Positions 1 to 11,580 are shown, counted from the stretch's first letter. The stretch: DNA of 64,000 bases from Camelus dromedarius (GCF_036321535.1 NC_087437.1:113028001-113092000), one strand, 5' to 3'. The notes: generated by a model from the sequence alone, not told the origin. Made by a program: numbers and translations.

Positions 1-395
1 GGGTTTAATTGTTGTTCTAACCTTCTTCCACAGTAACAGAACCCCAGTTTGGGGGAGGAGTAAGGTACTTAGCTAAAAATGTTTTCTGGACTCTTTGAAA
101 AAAGGGGTGGACAATGAAATGTAAGGAGAAGTCATTCAGATGCATCTCCAGGAAAGCTCTTTGTGAGGAAAATCAACTCAGTTACCAGATCCCTTCTGAC
201 CTATGACCTCTGCCCCCCTCTCTCCCTTTTTATCCTGCCTGGAACTGATGGGATGTTGGAGATCCATTACCTGCTAATCTGATGTTTGCACTGCCTCTTT
301 CCAGATTTTTCATTGTATGAGAAAAATAAAATCCTAATTTGTTTAAGTCATGGTGTCTCAGGAGTGTGATATCTGCATCTGAACACAACTCCTAA
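1..395 (+). mobile_element. Old MaLR (MLT1-type) LTR, partial
   Basis: MLT1-like motifs: 'ctggactctttg...acaatgaaatgtaaggagaagtc', 'cctgcctggaa' and 3' 'gagaaaaataaaatcctaatttgtttaagtca...acaactcctaac'. Recognised from memory of the consensus. Confidence 0.55.
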
Positions 396-494
396 CTTCT
401 GTGCAACCTAAATGTCCAAAAATAGAGGTCTGGTTAATACACGATCATTTATCCACACAGTGAGATTTCACATGGCATAAAAAATCATGTCGAA

Positions 495-685
495 CTGTGG
501 TTTCAAGTTATTTCTAGTAGCAGAAACCTCCTGCTTTTAATATTCAGTCTTTTGTAGAATCCTAGTATACAGAACTGTAAAAGTAGACTCTGTGGCAACT
601 CACACCTTCTCCCATCTGCAAAATCTACTGTCCCTTTCATGGGGGCCCTGAAACACCTTCACTGGTCTCTAGTGTTGAAAACAAT
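495..685. mobile_element. Degenerate hAT-Charlie-type MITE within an old L1 3' UTR fragment
   Basis: Starts with a 'ctgtggtttcaa' TIR-like end and ends '...tgttgaaaacaa'. The flanks at about 400-495 and 690-790 are L1M 3' UTR-like ('aacctaaatgtcca'). Confidence 0.4.
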
Positions 686-1903
686 TATCGTAGTTCTTTC
701 TCTACATGAAAAAAATATGAGATCTTGTTAAGCAAAGAAAACAGTTTACTTATCAAATTAGGGTATGAACAAATTTTATATTTAAGTACTTATATATATG
801 TGTGTGTGTATATATATGTGCTAATTTTCCCAGGCTTCACCAGTCTTTGGAAAAAATGAAGTCACATTAATTGTAATTACTCAAATTCCCCTGGCTGGTG
901 GCCCTTATTTGCATAATGCCCTCAAATTCTCTCTCTGGCCTCTTGGTTTCCATCACGTGCTGAGGTGTGTGGGGATGGTCCCAGCCTCCACTCTTGCTGC
1001 TGGTACCTCAAAGTGTTCTGCCCCAGATGCATGCCTCCCTTTGCTGCAAACACCTGCCTTGGTCCTGTGCTGGGCGGGGTCAGCTGCTTTCTGCAAAGAA
1101 GGGGGAAGATGAACAGGGGCTGTTCCCTGGGGGCTGAGCTGCAGTTCAGGGGTAGGCTGCCTTGCCAGCGGTCCTGCTGACCTCTTCATTTGCTGCAGTG
1201 CTGCCTGACCCTATGCCTCCATGCACCTAGCGTAAACCCCTTAGCTCTCTCCACGCCCACGAGAGCTCATGGGGGGCCCCAAGTTCATCCTCAGCTGGTC
1301 TTCCGGATGCGTGTGTGTACACGTACACGCCTGCGAGTACTATTAAAGCAATATAAATTGGAATTTTAAACTTTAAGGGTAATAATTTCTGAGTGGCAAT
1401 ATTGGAGGGCTTAATTTTTTTCTTGCTTACTTGTGTTTTTTAAATTTCTACAATAAACATGTATTACTTATATTTAAAAAATAAGATATGCTTGAAATCA
1501 GTTATGACTCCAAAGCACTGAATATGCTTAATTGCTCAGTACATTTCACTGTGAGTTTCCTGCCATCCCAGGCAAAGTGTTTTACCATCAATGTTAGAGG
1601 CGTGTGGGTAGGAGTGGAGAGGGAAGGGAGACGGCTGGGTGGTGGCAGGGGAGATATAAAACAAGCATGATCATGTAGAACTGTAGTTTCGAATGATTTC
1701 TAGTAGCAGACACCTCGTCTTTTTTATATTCAGCCCTTCATAGAATCCAGTAACTATGTACTGTTAACAGTTAACTGTGTATATCTATATCTGCATCTTT
1801 GTTCTGGCTTTATTGAGAAATAATTGACAGATAACATTGTTTAAGTTTAAGCTGTGGTATTGATTTGATACGCTTGTTATCTCTATCTCTATTCTTATCA
1901 ATG

Positions 1904-2393
1904 TGTGGACCAAAAAAAAAAAAAAAACCACGTTGCCTGCCATTTCAGTAAACAAAGAGTGCTGCCTGCCACTCTGGTAAACAATGAACTTTGGCAGTCA
2001 GCAAGCCATCAGCCACTGCAGCCACCCCCAGTGGTGCACCCTGAGGGGATTCAGGATGGAGAAAAACAGGATACTGGCCCTGCTGGTTAAGATGCATATC
2101 AAAGAGATAATTTGAATGAGCCCAGATTCACATCTGCCCACACATAGAAAAGCACTAAAATCATTAGCTGGAGATGTCTGGTTTTTTGTGATTAGCAATA
2201 ATCTTTTGATGTTTCACTACTTGGTTTTTTCCAGCAACCACTCCTATACATCCTGGCTCCTCCCTTACCTCTTTGAAACAGTCGCTCAGAGCCATCTGAG
2301 AGGCTGTCTCCCGGGCTGTAGTCTCAGTAAGTTTCCCGAATAAAACATAATTCAACTTTTAGGTTGTGATTTTTTTTTTTTTTTCAGTCGACC
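1904..2393 (+). mobile_element. ERV1-type solo LTR (copy A)
   Basis: Begins TGTGGAC and ends GTCGAC(C), an imperfect terminal inverted repeat. AATAAA at about 2339. Degenerate 4-bp TSD aatg/catg. Clear homology to the reverse copy at 3957-4510. Confidence 0.85.
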
Positions 2394-3956
2394 CATGAAA
2401 GACTGAAGATGGTCTGAAGACAGTGCTTTCCAACAAGGCCCAAATGTCACGTACTTCTGGGGCTTGGGGACCTGTTCTCTCTGGAGAACCTGTACCCCAT
2501 GGGGGGAACTGGGCTTTGGGGACCCAGGCTGACCATGCAGAGAGCTGTATCACAAACCCGCACTTCATCTGCGGCTCCTGGAATCTCACCTTGGCACATC
2601 GCCGAGGACTGAGAGAGCAGGAGGCCTCCAGTTACAGGGACGGCAGCAGGATGATATGGATGATGTCCAATATTTCAGAAACTAAGTCAGGCTCACCATA
2701 GATAATCATCAAATATCTCAATTCCTATTAAATTCTGCACCGTGCAGCCCTCCCTTTTGCTGCTAAAGGCTGATTTGCAGAAAGATTCACTCTCATGATG
2801 GGACTTTCAACTCAGGTGGAAATGAGACACGGGGTTCAGGGACGCCTGCGTGGTGGGTCTCTACTAAGTCTAGTTCATTAGCGGTTTTCCTCTGAGGGTG
2901 TCTGCTTGGCACAGCAGATTCTGCTTTGAGAGCTGGACTTTCCAAACACCATGTTGCAAGGGACAAAATTTCTGTCCCCCTTTCACAGTTACTACAAAAG
3001 CAATCCAGTCCTACGCCCTGTGGAGACTGCTGAATTTCTGTGTTGTCTCCTCCTCTGAGCCACTCCCAGCATCTGACAGCTCCTCCTTCTTAATTTTCGG
3101 AATAATCATTTTGATGTGCAACTTCTCTCCCTTCCTGTCATTGTCCTCTGTCCCCCAATTTCCCCTACCCCATCCCACTCTGCAGTGTTGCAAATTGCTT
3201 AAAGCACCTTCAGAAACAACTTCAAAGTCCCCCTTTGGCTTTAAATGCTTACAGTGGCCCCTTGTCTTCCTCACCCCATCAGCCCCCCAACAGAGCCCAT
3301 GCCGCCAATGTTTCTTGGTCATTGTTTACCTTCTCCTTAATAAAACACTGGCTAACATTTGTTGAGAATATACTGTATTTCCAGCATATGCGTCAATTAG
3401 CTGAATTATGACAGCAGCCCTATGCGGTAAGTACTTCAATAAACCCCATTGTTTGGATGAGAAAACTGACTCTTGGCAAGAATTTTGGCTGGAGGTCCCA
3501 CGCGTGGAGGGTGGTGGAGCTGGCAACCCCAGCTGCCTGGCTCCCAGTCTGAGTGGCAAGTCACAGCACCGTTTCTGTGGTTGTTACTCCAAGGAATCTG
3601 TATCAAGATTTTTAAACACTCCAATCCTACCACTCCGCTTTTTGGTGATTTTCATAGTCACTTGAGTCTCTCCTGCCTGCAAAACAGACCTCTGGCGCTG
3701 GGGCTCAGATCACCATCATGAAGTCCCCTGTTCTCAAGGGTCCACGTGGCCCAGGGAATCAGGGAGACGGAATCAAAAAAGAAGTGTTGAACTTGCTCAA
3801 ACATCTCTCCACAGAGGTCACATTTAATCCCCAGTCGGGTATTTTTATATTAGCCCCACGTTTTTTTGTATTAAGGTGAAATTCATATAACATAAAACTA
3901 TCCATCTGGAAGTGAATATTTCCATGGCATTTAGTACATTCACAATGTTGCAAAAC

Positions 3957-4510
3957 TGTTGGAATGAAAAAAAAAAAAAAAAAAAGACAAAAACAAAAGA
4001 GCAACCTAAAAGTTACAGATTTTGATTTATTTGGGGAACTTACTGAGACTATAGCTCGGGAGACAGCCTCTCAGATGAGCGGCTGTTCTCAAGAGATAAG
4101 GGAGGAGCCAGGATATGTAGGAGTTGTTGCTGAAAAAAACCCAAAACAAAAACAAGTAGTGGAGAATTGAAAGGTTACTGCTAAGGTGTGGTGTGTAGCT
4201 CAGGGGTAGAGTGCATGCCTAGCATGCAGGAGGTCCTGGATCAATCCCCAGTACCTCCATTAAAACAAACAAACCTAATTACCACCCCCCCAAAAGCTTA
4301 CTGCTAAATCACAAAAAAAATACATCTCTGGTTAATGACTTTAGTGCTTTTCTATGTATGAGAAGATGCAAGAGTCTGGGCTCATCCAAATTATCCCTTT
4401 GATATGCATCTTAACTGTCTAGCTAAGAGCCAGTATCCTGTTTACCAGAATGGTGGGCAATATTACTGAATGTTTACTGAAATGGCAGGCAACATTTTTT
4501 TTGGTCCACA
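3957..4510 (-). mobile_element. ERV1-type solo LTR (copy B), same family as 1904-2393
   Basis: The reverse complement starts TGTGGACCAAAAA and ends CCAACA. TSD aaac/caac. Long stretches match copy A (gttaagatgcatatcaaag, catagaaaagcactaaa, catctgagaggctgtctccc). Confidence 0.85.
4185..4293 (+). mobile_element. tRNA-Ala-derived SINE (Vic-1-like, camelid)
   Basis: A-box 'tagctcaggggtagag', AGC anticodon-like loop, B-box-like 'ggatcaatcccc' and an A-rich tail. 14-bp TSD aaggttactgctaa (4171-4184) / aagcttactgctaa (4294-4307). Confidence 0.8.
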
Positions 4511-5004
4511 CAACCACCACCTACTTCTATCTAGTTCCATAATATTTTCATCCCCCCCCCCCCCCCCAAGAAAGCCCTGTACTCATTAAGCAGTTTCCTT
4601 TCCGTTGCTCCCCCAGCCCATGGAGACCGACTGCTTTCTGTCTCTGGATTGACCTATCCTGCTATGTCGTATGAATGGAATCGTACAGTATGTGGCTTTT
4701 TGTGTCTGGCTTCTTTCTCTTACTGTAATGTTTTCAAGGTTCATCCCTGTTGTAGAGGGATGAACTTCTTTTTATGGCAGAGTAATTTTTCGTTGTATGG
4801 ATAGTCCCCTGCATTTTGCTGATGTGTTCATCCATTGATGGGCACTTGGGTTGTTTCCTTTTGCCTGCTGTGATTAATACAGCAGTTCTAGTACAAGCAT
4901 CTGTTTTGAGTACCTGTTTTCACTTCTTTTCGGTACGCACCTTGGAGTGGAAGAGCTGAGTCATATGATAATTCTCTGTTTAACTTTTTAAGGCACCTAC
5001 TAGC

Positions 5005-5110
5005 ACCATTTTAAAAACAAGGAATCTGAGGCTCAAAGAAATTGAGCTGTCTGAGGTCACATGACAAGTAAATGACAGAGCCAGCACTAGGACCCAGAAG
5101 CTCATCCTAC
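5005..5110. mobile_element. MIR fragment
   Basis: Core MIR text 'aggaatctgaggctca...aggtcacatgacaagtaaatgacagagccag'. Confidence 0.7.
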
Positions 5111-5779
5111 TGTCATTCTAAGGACCCTGACCTCAGGGAACATCATTCATTCACCCACCAAACATCCATTGAGGGCCAGAGCCTGCCTTTGTGGCAGATT
5201 TAACAATAACTCTCAAAAAGGAGCTTCCTAACGCCAGAAACTTCAGGAGAAAATAAAACCAAAGGAGTGTTTTAATCATAAATCAACACGATGAGCTCAC
5301 ACATAAATTCCATTATGCGGACAATCTTTCTGAGCACAGCGACTGTCTCCCAAGTCCTGCTAAGCATTTTAACGTCAGTGTGAGTTTATGCTGATTCTCC
5401 AACAGACAGAAAAGAGCCACTCTCCTTGTTTCTGTATTTCACTGTGGGTAATTTTCTGACTGATTCTTGGGGAAGGGGGTGCGTGGAAACCTATTCGGTT
5501 CTGAAGCTCTGATTGGATTGGGGAGTCTGCGAAAGTCACTGTCAAAATAGAATCTGTGGATGGCATTGCTGCTCAAAGGGTTAAATGCAGGGGCCAGACA
5601 GAGAGACCAAATGGGGGAGGGGACGAGGAATGGAGGAGGGAGCAGGACTTGGGCATCAGGAATCTTATTTTCCAACGGTTTCTAGGGGAATTTTACTATG
5701 AAGAGGCAAATTCTAATCTATACCCTCGACTGTTCCCGGCTCATTGGAGCGTTTTCTGTGTAGAAAGGTGACATCCAAA

Positions 5780-6270
5780 GGCCGGGCTTAGCTGGGTTTG
5801 AAAACAGACGCGGGCTCCTCCTGGCTCCCACCCTCCCTCCACTCCCCTCCCTGGCCCCGCTGACCTGATTAATCAGAACCCTGCCAAGCCCACTGAGGAG
5901 GGCTCCCAGGCTAATCTAATCTCCGTCCCCAAGCGGGGACAGACACCCCCGCTCGGCCAATGAGAAGCAATTGTGCAAGCCCGGCTGGGCGGTGGAAAAT
6001 TCCACGCGCCGAGCGGGCGTCTGCGGCGGCCCCTGGCGGCGGCGCGCGCTCCGCCTTCCGCAGCCCTGGTCCCCAGCTCCCGAGCCCAGCCCGCGGCGGC
6101 GGGAGCCCCGCAAAGCCGCTCGGCTTCGGGCCGCGTGCACCCGAGTCACCGTGCAGGAGCTGTCTTTTTTTCCTCTTGTTCTTCCCACCTCTGCGAGAGA
6201 TACTTTCAGCCACGTCTGAGTCTTTGCTCGGAGAGGGGGTTATGATGGCATTTCCCCCTACTGCGGGTGT
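5780..6270. promoter_or_regulatory. CpG-island promoter / probable first exon of an unidentified gene
   Basis: The only dense CpG cluster in the window (about 5920-6160). CCAAT 5957-5961, GC box GGGCGG 5987-5992, kB/NFAT-like GGAAAATTCC 5994-6003, near-CTCF motif 6026-6039. No TATA box seen. Confidence 0.8.
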
Positions 6271-6296
6271 GTATGTGTGTGTGTATGTGTGTGTGT
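6267..6296. repeat. Imperfect (TG)n microsatellite next to the promoter
   Basis: gtgtgtatgtgtgtgtgtatgtgtgtgtgt. Confidence 0.9.
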
Positions 6297-7429
6297 TGTA
6301 AACCGCTGTCCCCAGCCCTCGGCCTGCCCACCCAAGATATAAGTCCTGTTCGGAATTGTCCCCCAAGTTATCCCTCCAGGCTTTGCAACCCCATCAGAGT
6401 TCGTACAATGAATGAATGGGGCACCTTTCAAGATCTATCCACCCGTGAACTACGGTGCCCTTTTAGAAGTGACCGGTGGATCCTAGAGAACAAAGGGTTA
6501 GGGGGTTAGCAAGGTGTGAGTGTAATGAAGGTGCAGAGGGAGACCCAGATCTGCAATAGGATCAGAGCCTCGACCCAGAGATGCACAGAAAATTCCAGGG
6601 CCAAAAAGGAGAGACATTTTGCTAGTCTGCCACTGCCTGGGAGGCGGGGATGCAGATCCGAGATGGAAGGATAGGAGTTAGCCAGACAGAGAAAGGGGAG
6701 GCGCCTGGGAGCCTGTGTTCCAGCCCCGGGGTGAGGGTGGTGGGCATGCCGCTGCGTTTCCATGAAGCTGCACTGTGTTACCAGATCCCTGTCTTTCTTA
6801 ACTCCACGTGAATTATTGCAATAAATCCCCATTATTTCAGAAGATCCAGATCTGTTTCTGCTCCTCGCAATGTAAAAGACCTAGTGAACAGAGTCCAAAA
6901 ATTAGAATGCAACCTTGCCCAAGAGGCCTCTGCCCAAACCCGCCACAGTGGCTTCTTCTGGGGCTGGAAGGGGAGGGGTGACGGGCCTCAGCTGTCTGGG
7001 CGGAGGGGGAAAGAGCGGGGAAAGGAGGAAATACAGGTTTTTGTTCTGAAAGGAGATATCCACAGAACAGAAAGGAGAGAAGGGGCCACCCGGGGTCCAA
7101 AAGCCTGAGATAAGTGAGCCAAGCTAAGCTTAAGGTGACAAAGACCTGGCCGTCCCAGGTCTGCTAGCGACCAGCTGAAGGTCCTGGAAAATCTCCTAAG
7201 TTCCCCGAGTCTTATTTTACCTCTGGAAAATCCAAATAATAACAATTCCTGAGACTAAAGTAAAATGAAATCATGTCTATAAAACTGTTTGTCAAGAAAT
7301 ATATGGAAGTGTTTTTTAATCCACATGCATAAGCAATATACATGGTTTTTAGTTGGATTAACTTTGACAAAGAGTCATGGCTACATCAGTTAACCAATAC
7401 ATGTATTAATGTACTGTATTAATGTATAT

Positions 7430-7930
7430 ACTGCATTCAGTAGGTATACTGAACACCTGCTTCGTGCTTGCGGATACACAACAATCCCTGCTCTTGGGAA
7501 GCTACCATTGTCACGAGGGAGACAGATAATAAAATAAATCAGAGAACTGAAGAGTATTTTAGGTGGTGACAAGTGATGTGTAGAAAACTAAAGCAGGAAA
7601 GAGGGAGAGGGAAGCGATTTTGAACAGAGTAAGGAAGAGAGACTTCATTGAGAAGGTGGGCTTTGAGCAGAGGCCTGACAAGGAGGTGAGGGGGTGAGCC
7701 CTATGGATTTCTGGGGGAAGAACATTCCGGGGGGGGGGGGGTACCAGACTGTGCTAAGGGCCTGAGGTGGGACAGTGGCTCTCCCTGGAGGAGGAACAGG
7801 CATGGTCCCTGGAGGGGAGTGAGTGATGTGGACAAGGTCAGGCTGGACGCGGGGTGGAGGTGGGGAGCAGGGGTTAGGAAAGGCTGGTAAGGCTTTGAAG
7901 GTGAGGATTCTGGACAGTCATGGGACAGCA
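7430..7930 (-). mobile_element. L2 3' region
   Basis: Antisense L2 tail 'cattcagtaggtatactgaacacctgc', plus 'gagaaggtgggctttgagcagaggcctga' and 'gggaagaacattcc'. Confidence 0.7.
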
Positions 7931-9129
7931 GTGCTGAGGAGCCACCTTGAGTCTTGACTGACTGCATTGCAACTTTATTTCTAACTTGGACGCTGGGAAG
8001 CCACCAGCAAGCATTTATCAAAAGCTTTGCTGTGTCGGAGAGCATTCTGAGGTCTCTGGGGGACACAAGCAAGTAGAACACAGGTCCATGCTTCAAGGAG
8101 GCCACAGTCTTATTGGGAATGAAGTGTAGCTGCAAAAAAGGAAGCGGTGACCAAGACAAGATAGTTTCTCACACTTGCTAAATTGTGCGGAGGGGCCTGG
8201 AAACAGGAGGAAGCTGGGGGCTTTGGAACCCCAGGGGCACCCCGGGATTGTGTCAGGATCTTAGCAGGTGCCAGCAATGCTTTGTGGATGAAAGGACTGC
8301 CTGAAGTTGAGAAGCAGAGAGTCCCCTCCCTCCTGGTCAGGGAGGCCTGCAGGCCCTGGCAGCCCTCACACCCTGGCCAGTGTTGCCAGCCCACAGGTGG
8401 GGCTGCTGGGACGGTCCTCCAGCCACACAGTGAGACAAGGCCTCCCAAGGTAGTAAATGAATATGCTGGCAGCTGGATGGAATGCCCCCTCGGGAAATTA
8501 CAAAATGGAATCCGGTGTCCAGGCTGCAGCCTCACATCTTTAACTAGGCCAGTGCTGGGTCCTGGGCCAAGGGCCTGGGGGCAGCTGCATTCTGCTGACG
8601 GGCCAGTCTCCTTTCCAGGTCTCTGACCCTCCTTGCTTTTGTAATCTTGTCTGAGGCGTCTCACGGGCAAGAAGGGTGATCAGGGATAGAGAAATCTGAT
8701 GAGGCCAGTTCAGAAAATGCCACAATGCCTTGCCACGCACAGCCCTCTGCAGAACTGGCCAGGTGGCCCAGCGCTCCTTCCCGGCAGCTAGCTCTAAAAC
8801 ACACTGGTGATGGCCCCTCAGAGGCCGCCCAGGCACTTCCCTCCTAGCTTAGGGGGCAGGGGCTCCATTCTGAATTCGCAAGGTTCATCACTGCAGGGTG
8901 TCTCCACCCTGGGCTTCTCGCTCTAGAATCACTCTTGACCTCCCTGGACAGGTCTGAACAAGTTCTGAAACCTTCCAGAGAGTCAGCTGCACACACCGGG
9001 GCTGGCTCTGTGAAACCAAGACAACCATGCATGCTCATTCCTCAACCCAGTGGGAGCCTGGCTGCTCCTGCGGCCACCAGACAGGGGCAGAGGGGCCACT
9101 GTCCTCTACTTCCTTCTCAGAGGCAAACG

Positions 9130-11580
9130 TTTTACTTATTTAACGTTTTGAATAAGTGATATAACATATGGTTCAAAAAATCAACAATTATAAAACAGTA
9201 CACAGTGGAAAGTGTTCTTTCCCATTTGCTCAGAACTTAGCCCTCCCCATCAAGAGGTAGCCGCTGTTATTAATTTGTTTATCTTTCTAGAGATTCTTCT
9301 CCTCCTTCTACCCCACTCTTCCTCCTGCCTTCTTTTCGCACATACAAGCAAATTGAATGTATACTCTCACTCAGCTCTCCACACCTTTTCCACTTGCTTG
9401 GTAGTACACGATCCAGCCAGCGTTTTCTACCTTGTTCTATTCAGTTAACAGTATGTCTTGGAGATCTTTCTATCTTGGTACATGAAGTGTGTCATCATTC
9501 TTCTTCACTGATGGTGACTATCCAAAATGTGCCCAAACAATCCCTTGTAGATGGACATTTAAGTCTTTGCAATCTTTTGCTTTCAAACAACGTAGCCATG
9601 GAGAACTTTGTAGTTCTTCATGTAGCACACGATTATGTTTATGCAGAAGGTAAATTCCTAAAAGTGAAAGTGCTGAGTCAAAGGGTAACTGCATCTCTAA
9701 TGTGGACAGATGTTGCCAAATTACTCTCCGTGGGGGGTATGCCAATTTCTGCTTCCAGGAGCAACGTAGGAGGGAGACTGCCTGTGTTTCCACAGCCCAC
9801 CAACAGCATTTGCTTTCAAACTTTTGAATTTTTGCCATTTCTGATAAAATTTAAAAAAAAAATCAATGTGGTTTTAATTTTATATTTCTTACTGTGATTG
9901 ACTTTGAGCATATTTTGTATGTTTAAGAACCAAGTATATTTCCTGTAACTGTCCACACTCATGCCCATGTTTCTATTTGTTTTTTGGTCTTTTGTGTCAT
10001 CAATTTGCAGGAGCTTTTTATACAATATTCTAGAAATTAGCCCTTTATGGTATGAGTTATGTATAGTTTTGTTTTACTTAATAACTTTGCATTGGGGTGT
10101 TCTTAAACATTAGTTTGGTTCCTGCCATGCATAAGTTTTTGATTTCCATGTAGTTGAAATTGTGAACCATTTATTTTGTGGCTTCTAGATTTTAAGTCAT
10201 AGCAAGACATCCCTCATTTCCCATTTCTGCTTTAGTATTTTTATTTTTTCTTTTTATGTCCAAATGTTTGATACAGTTGGAATTTATTCTCCTGTAGATA
10301 TGAAGACTATCTTAAAAATATTTATCAATACCACTTTTTGAATAGTCCATCTTTTCCCCATGTATCTGAGATGTCACCTTTATCTTGAACAACATTTCCA
10401 TATGTAATTGGGTATTTTTCAGGATTTTCAATTGTGTGCTATGTCAGTCTGACAAATCATATTCTACTCTGACAATGTTTTAATTATTGAAGATTTTAAG
10501 TGTACTTTAATATATAGTATAACTATTCTTTCTTATTTTTTAAAATCAGAATTATCTGGGTTATTCTTGTTTATTTTTCCATGTGAAACTTAGAATCACC
10601 TTGTATAGATAAAAATTTTTAAAATATATTTATTGAGATAATACTTATTAATTAACATTTATAAGGTAAGGGAAATTGACATAAAGTTGTCTACTTATCC
10701 AAGAACATGGTATGTCTTCTCATTTATGAAATCCCTCTCTTTCTTTTATGAATATTTAAAAGGTTATGTAGGTCTTGCATGTATCTTTTAAGCTTATTTT
10801 AAATATTTTATTTTTTTTTTTACTGTAAATGAGGGTTTTTCTTCCATTATATTGCCTAACTGATTTTGCTTGTATAAACAAAAGCTATTGATTTCTGTAT
10901 ATTAATTTTAGATATTCAATTGAATTCTCATATTGACTGCAGTAGTTTTCACTCATTTCTTTTGGGGTTTCAAATTATAAAGCAAATCACCTGTAAATAG
11001 TGATAGTTTTATGTCTTTTTGCTCAACTTTTATACCTTCAATTCTACTATTTCTAATTGTATTGGCTACTACTGCTGGTACAAAATTAAATAGCATGAGT
11101 GTGATAGTGAGCAAATATTTGTTTCATTTCTGGTTTATGGGTAAAAGCTTCTAGTATTTCTTAATTAGGCACACATTTGGTTTTGAGGTTATATGTAGCT
11201 TAAAGCTATGTCTATTCCTGTGCTATTGGCTTTGAAAAATCAAGAATGAATTGTCAAATATTGTCAAAATTCTGTTTGAATATATATTGAGGTGACTACA
11301 TAATTTTCTCCGTAGAATTAAGTGAATTTCCTAATGCTGTATCATCCTTGTATTCCTGGAATAGGCTCTATTTGGTCATGATGTACATTATAATTTTTAT
11401 CTCCTGATAAACTCTGTTTGCTAATATATTTGTTAACATTTTTATTGATAGTAAAAGTGCACAAAACTGAAGTGTATATGAATGCACAAACATAAACTGT
11501 ACAAGTAGATGAATTTATGAATGTATTTATGCATGTGTATATATGCAATATATACATTAGAATCTGCACACAAAAAAGTA
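9130..11580 (-). mobile_element. Ancient L1 (L1ME-like) fragments
   Basis: T-rich antisense L1 text: 'gatggacatttaag', 'gttttaattttatatttc', 'ttttccatgtgaaacttagaatca', 'tattgatttctgtatattaattt', 'ccttgtattcctggaata'. Confidence 0.7.

Larger units (their letters stand above)
3860..5000 (-). mobile_element. Old L1 (L1MB-like) 3' end, interrupted by the LTR at 3957-4510
   Basis: Antisense L1 3' UTR text ('gcatttagtacattcacaatgttg...caaccaccac...tctagttcc', 'ccattgatgggcacttgggttgtttcc') resumes cleanly after the LTR. Confidence 0.8.

Noticed and set aside
4185..4260. tRNA-Ala gene
   Set aside because: Degenerate stems, an A-rich tail and a 14-bp TSD show it is a SINE.
1904..4510. Provirus or composite transposon bounded by two LTRs
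   Set aside because: The LTRs are inverted with different TSDs, and there is no PBS, PPT or gag-pol between them.
5911..6366. Stack of overlapping Arg/Pro/Ala-rich ORFs
   Set aside because: These are expected from stop-codon depletion in a CpG island, and no domain is recognisable.
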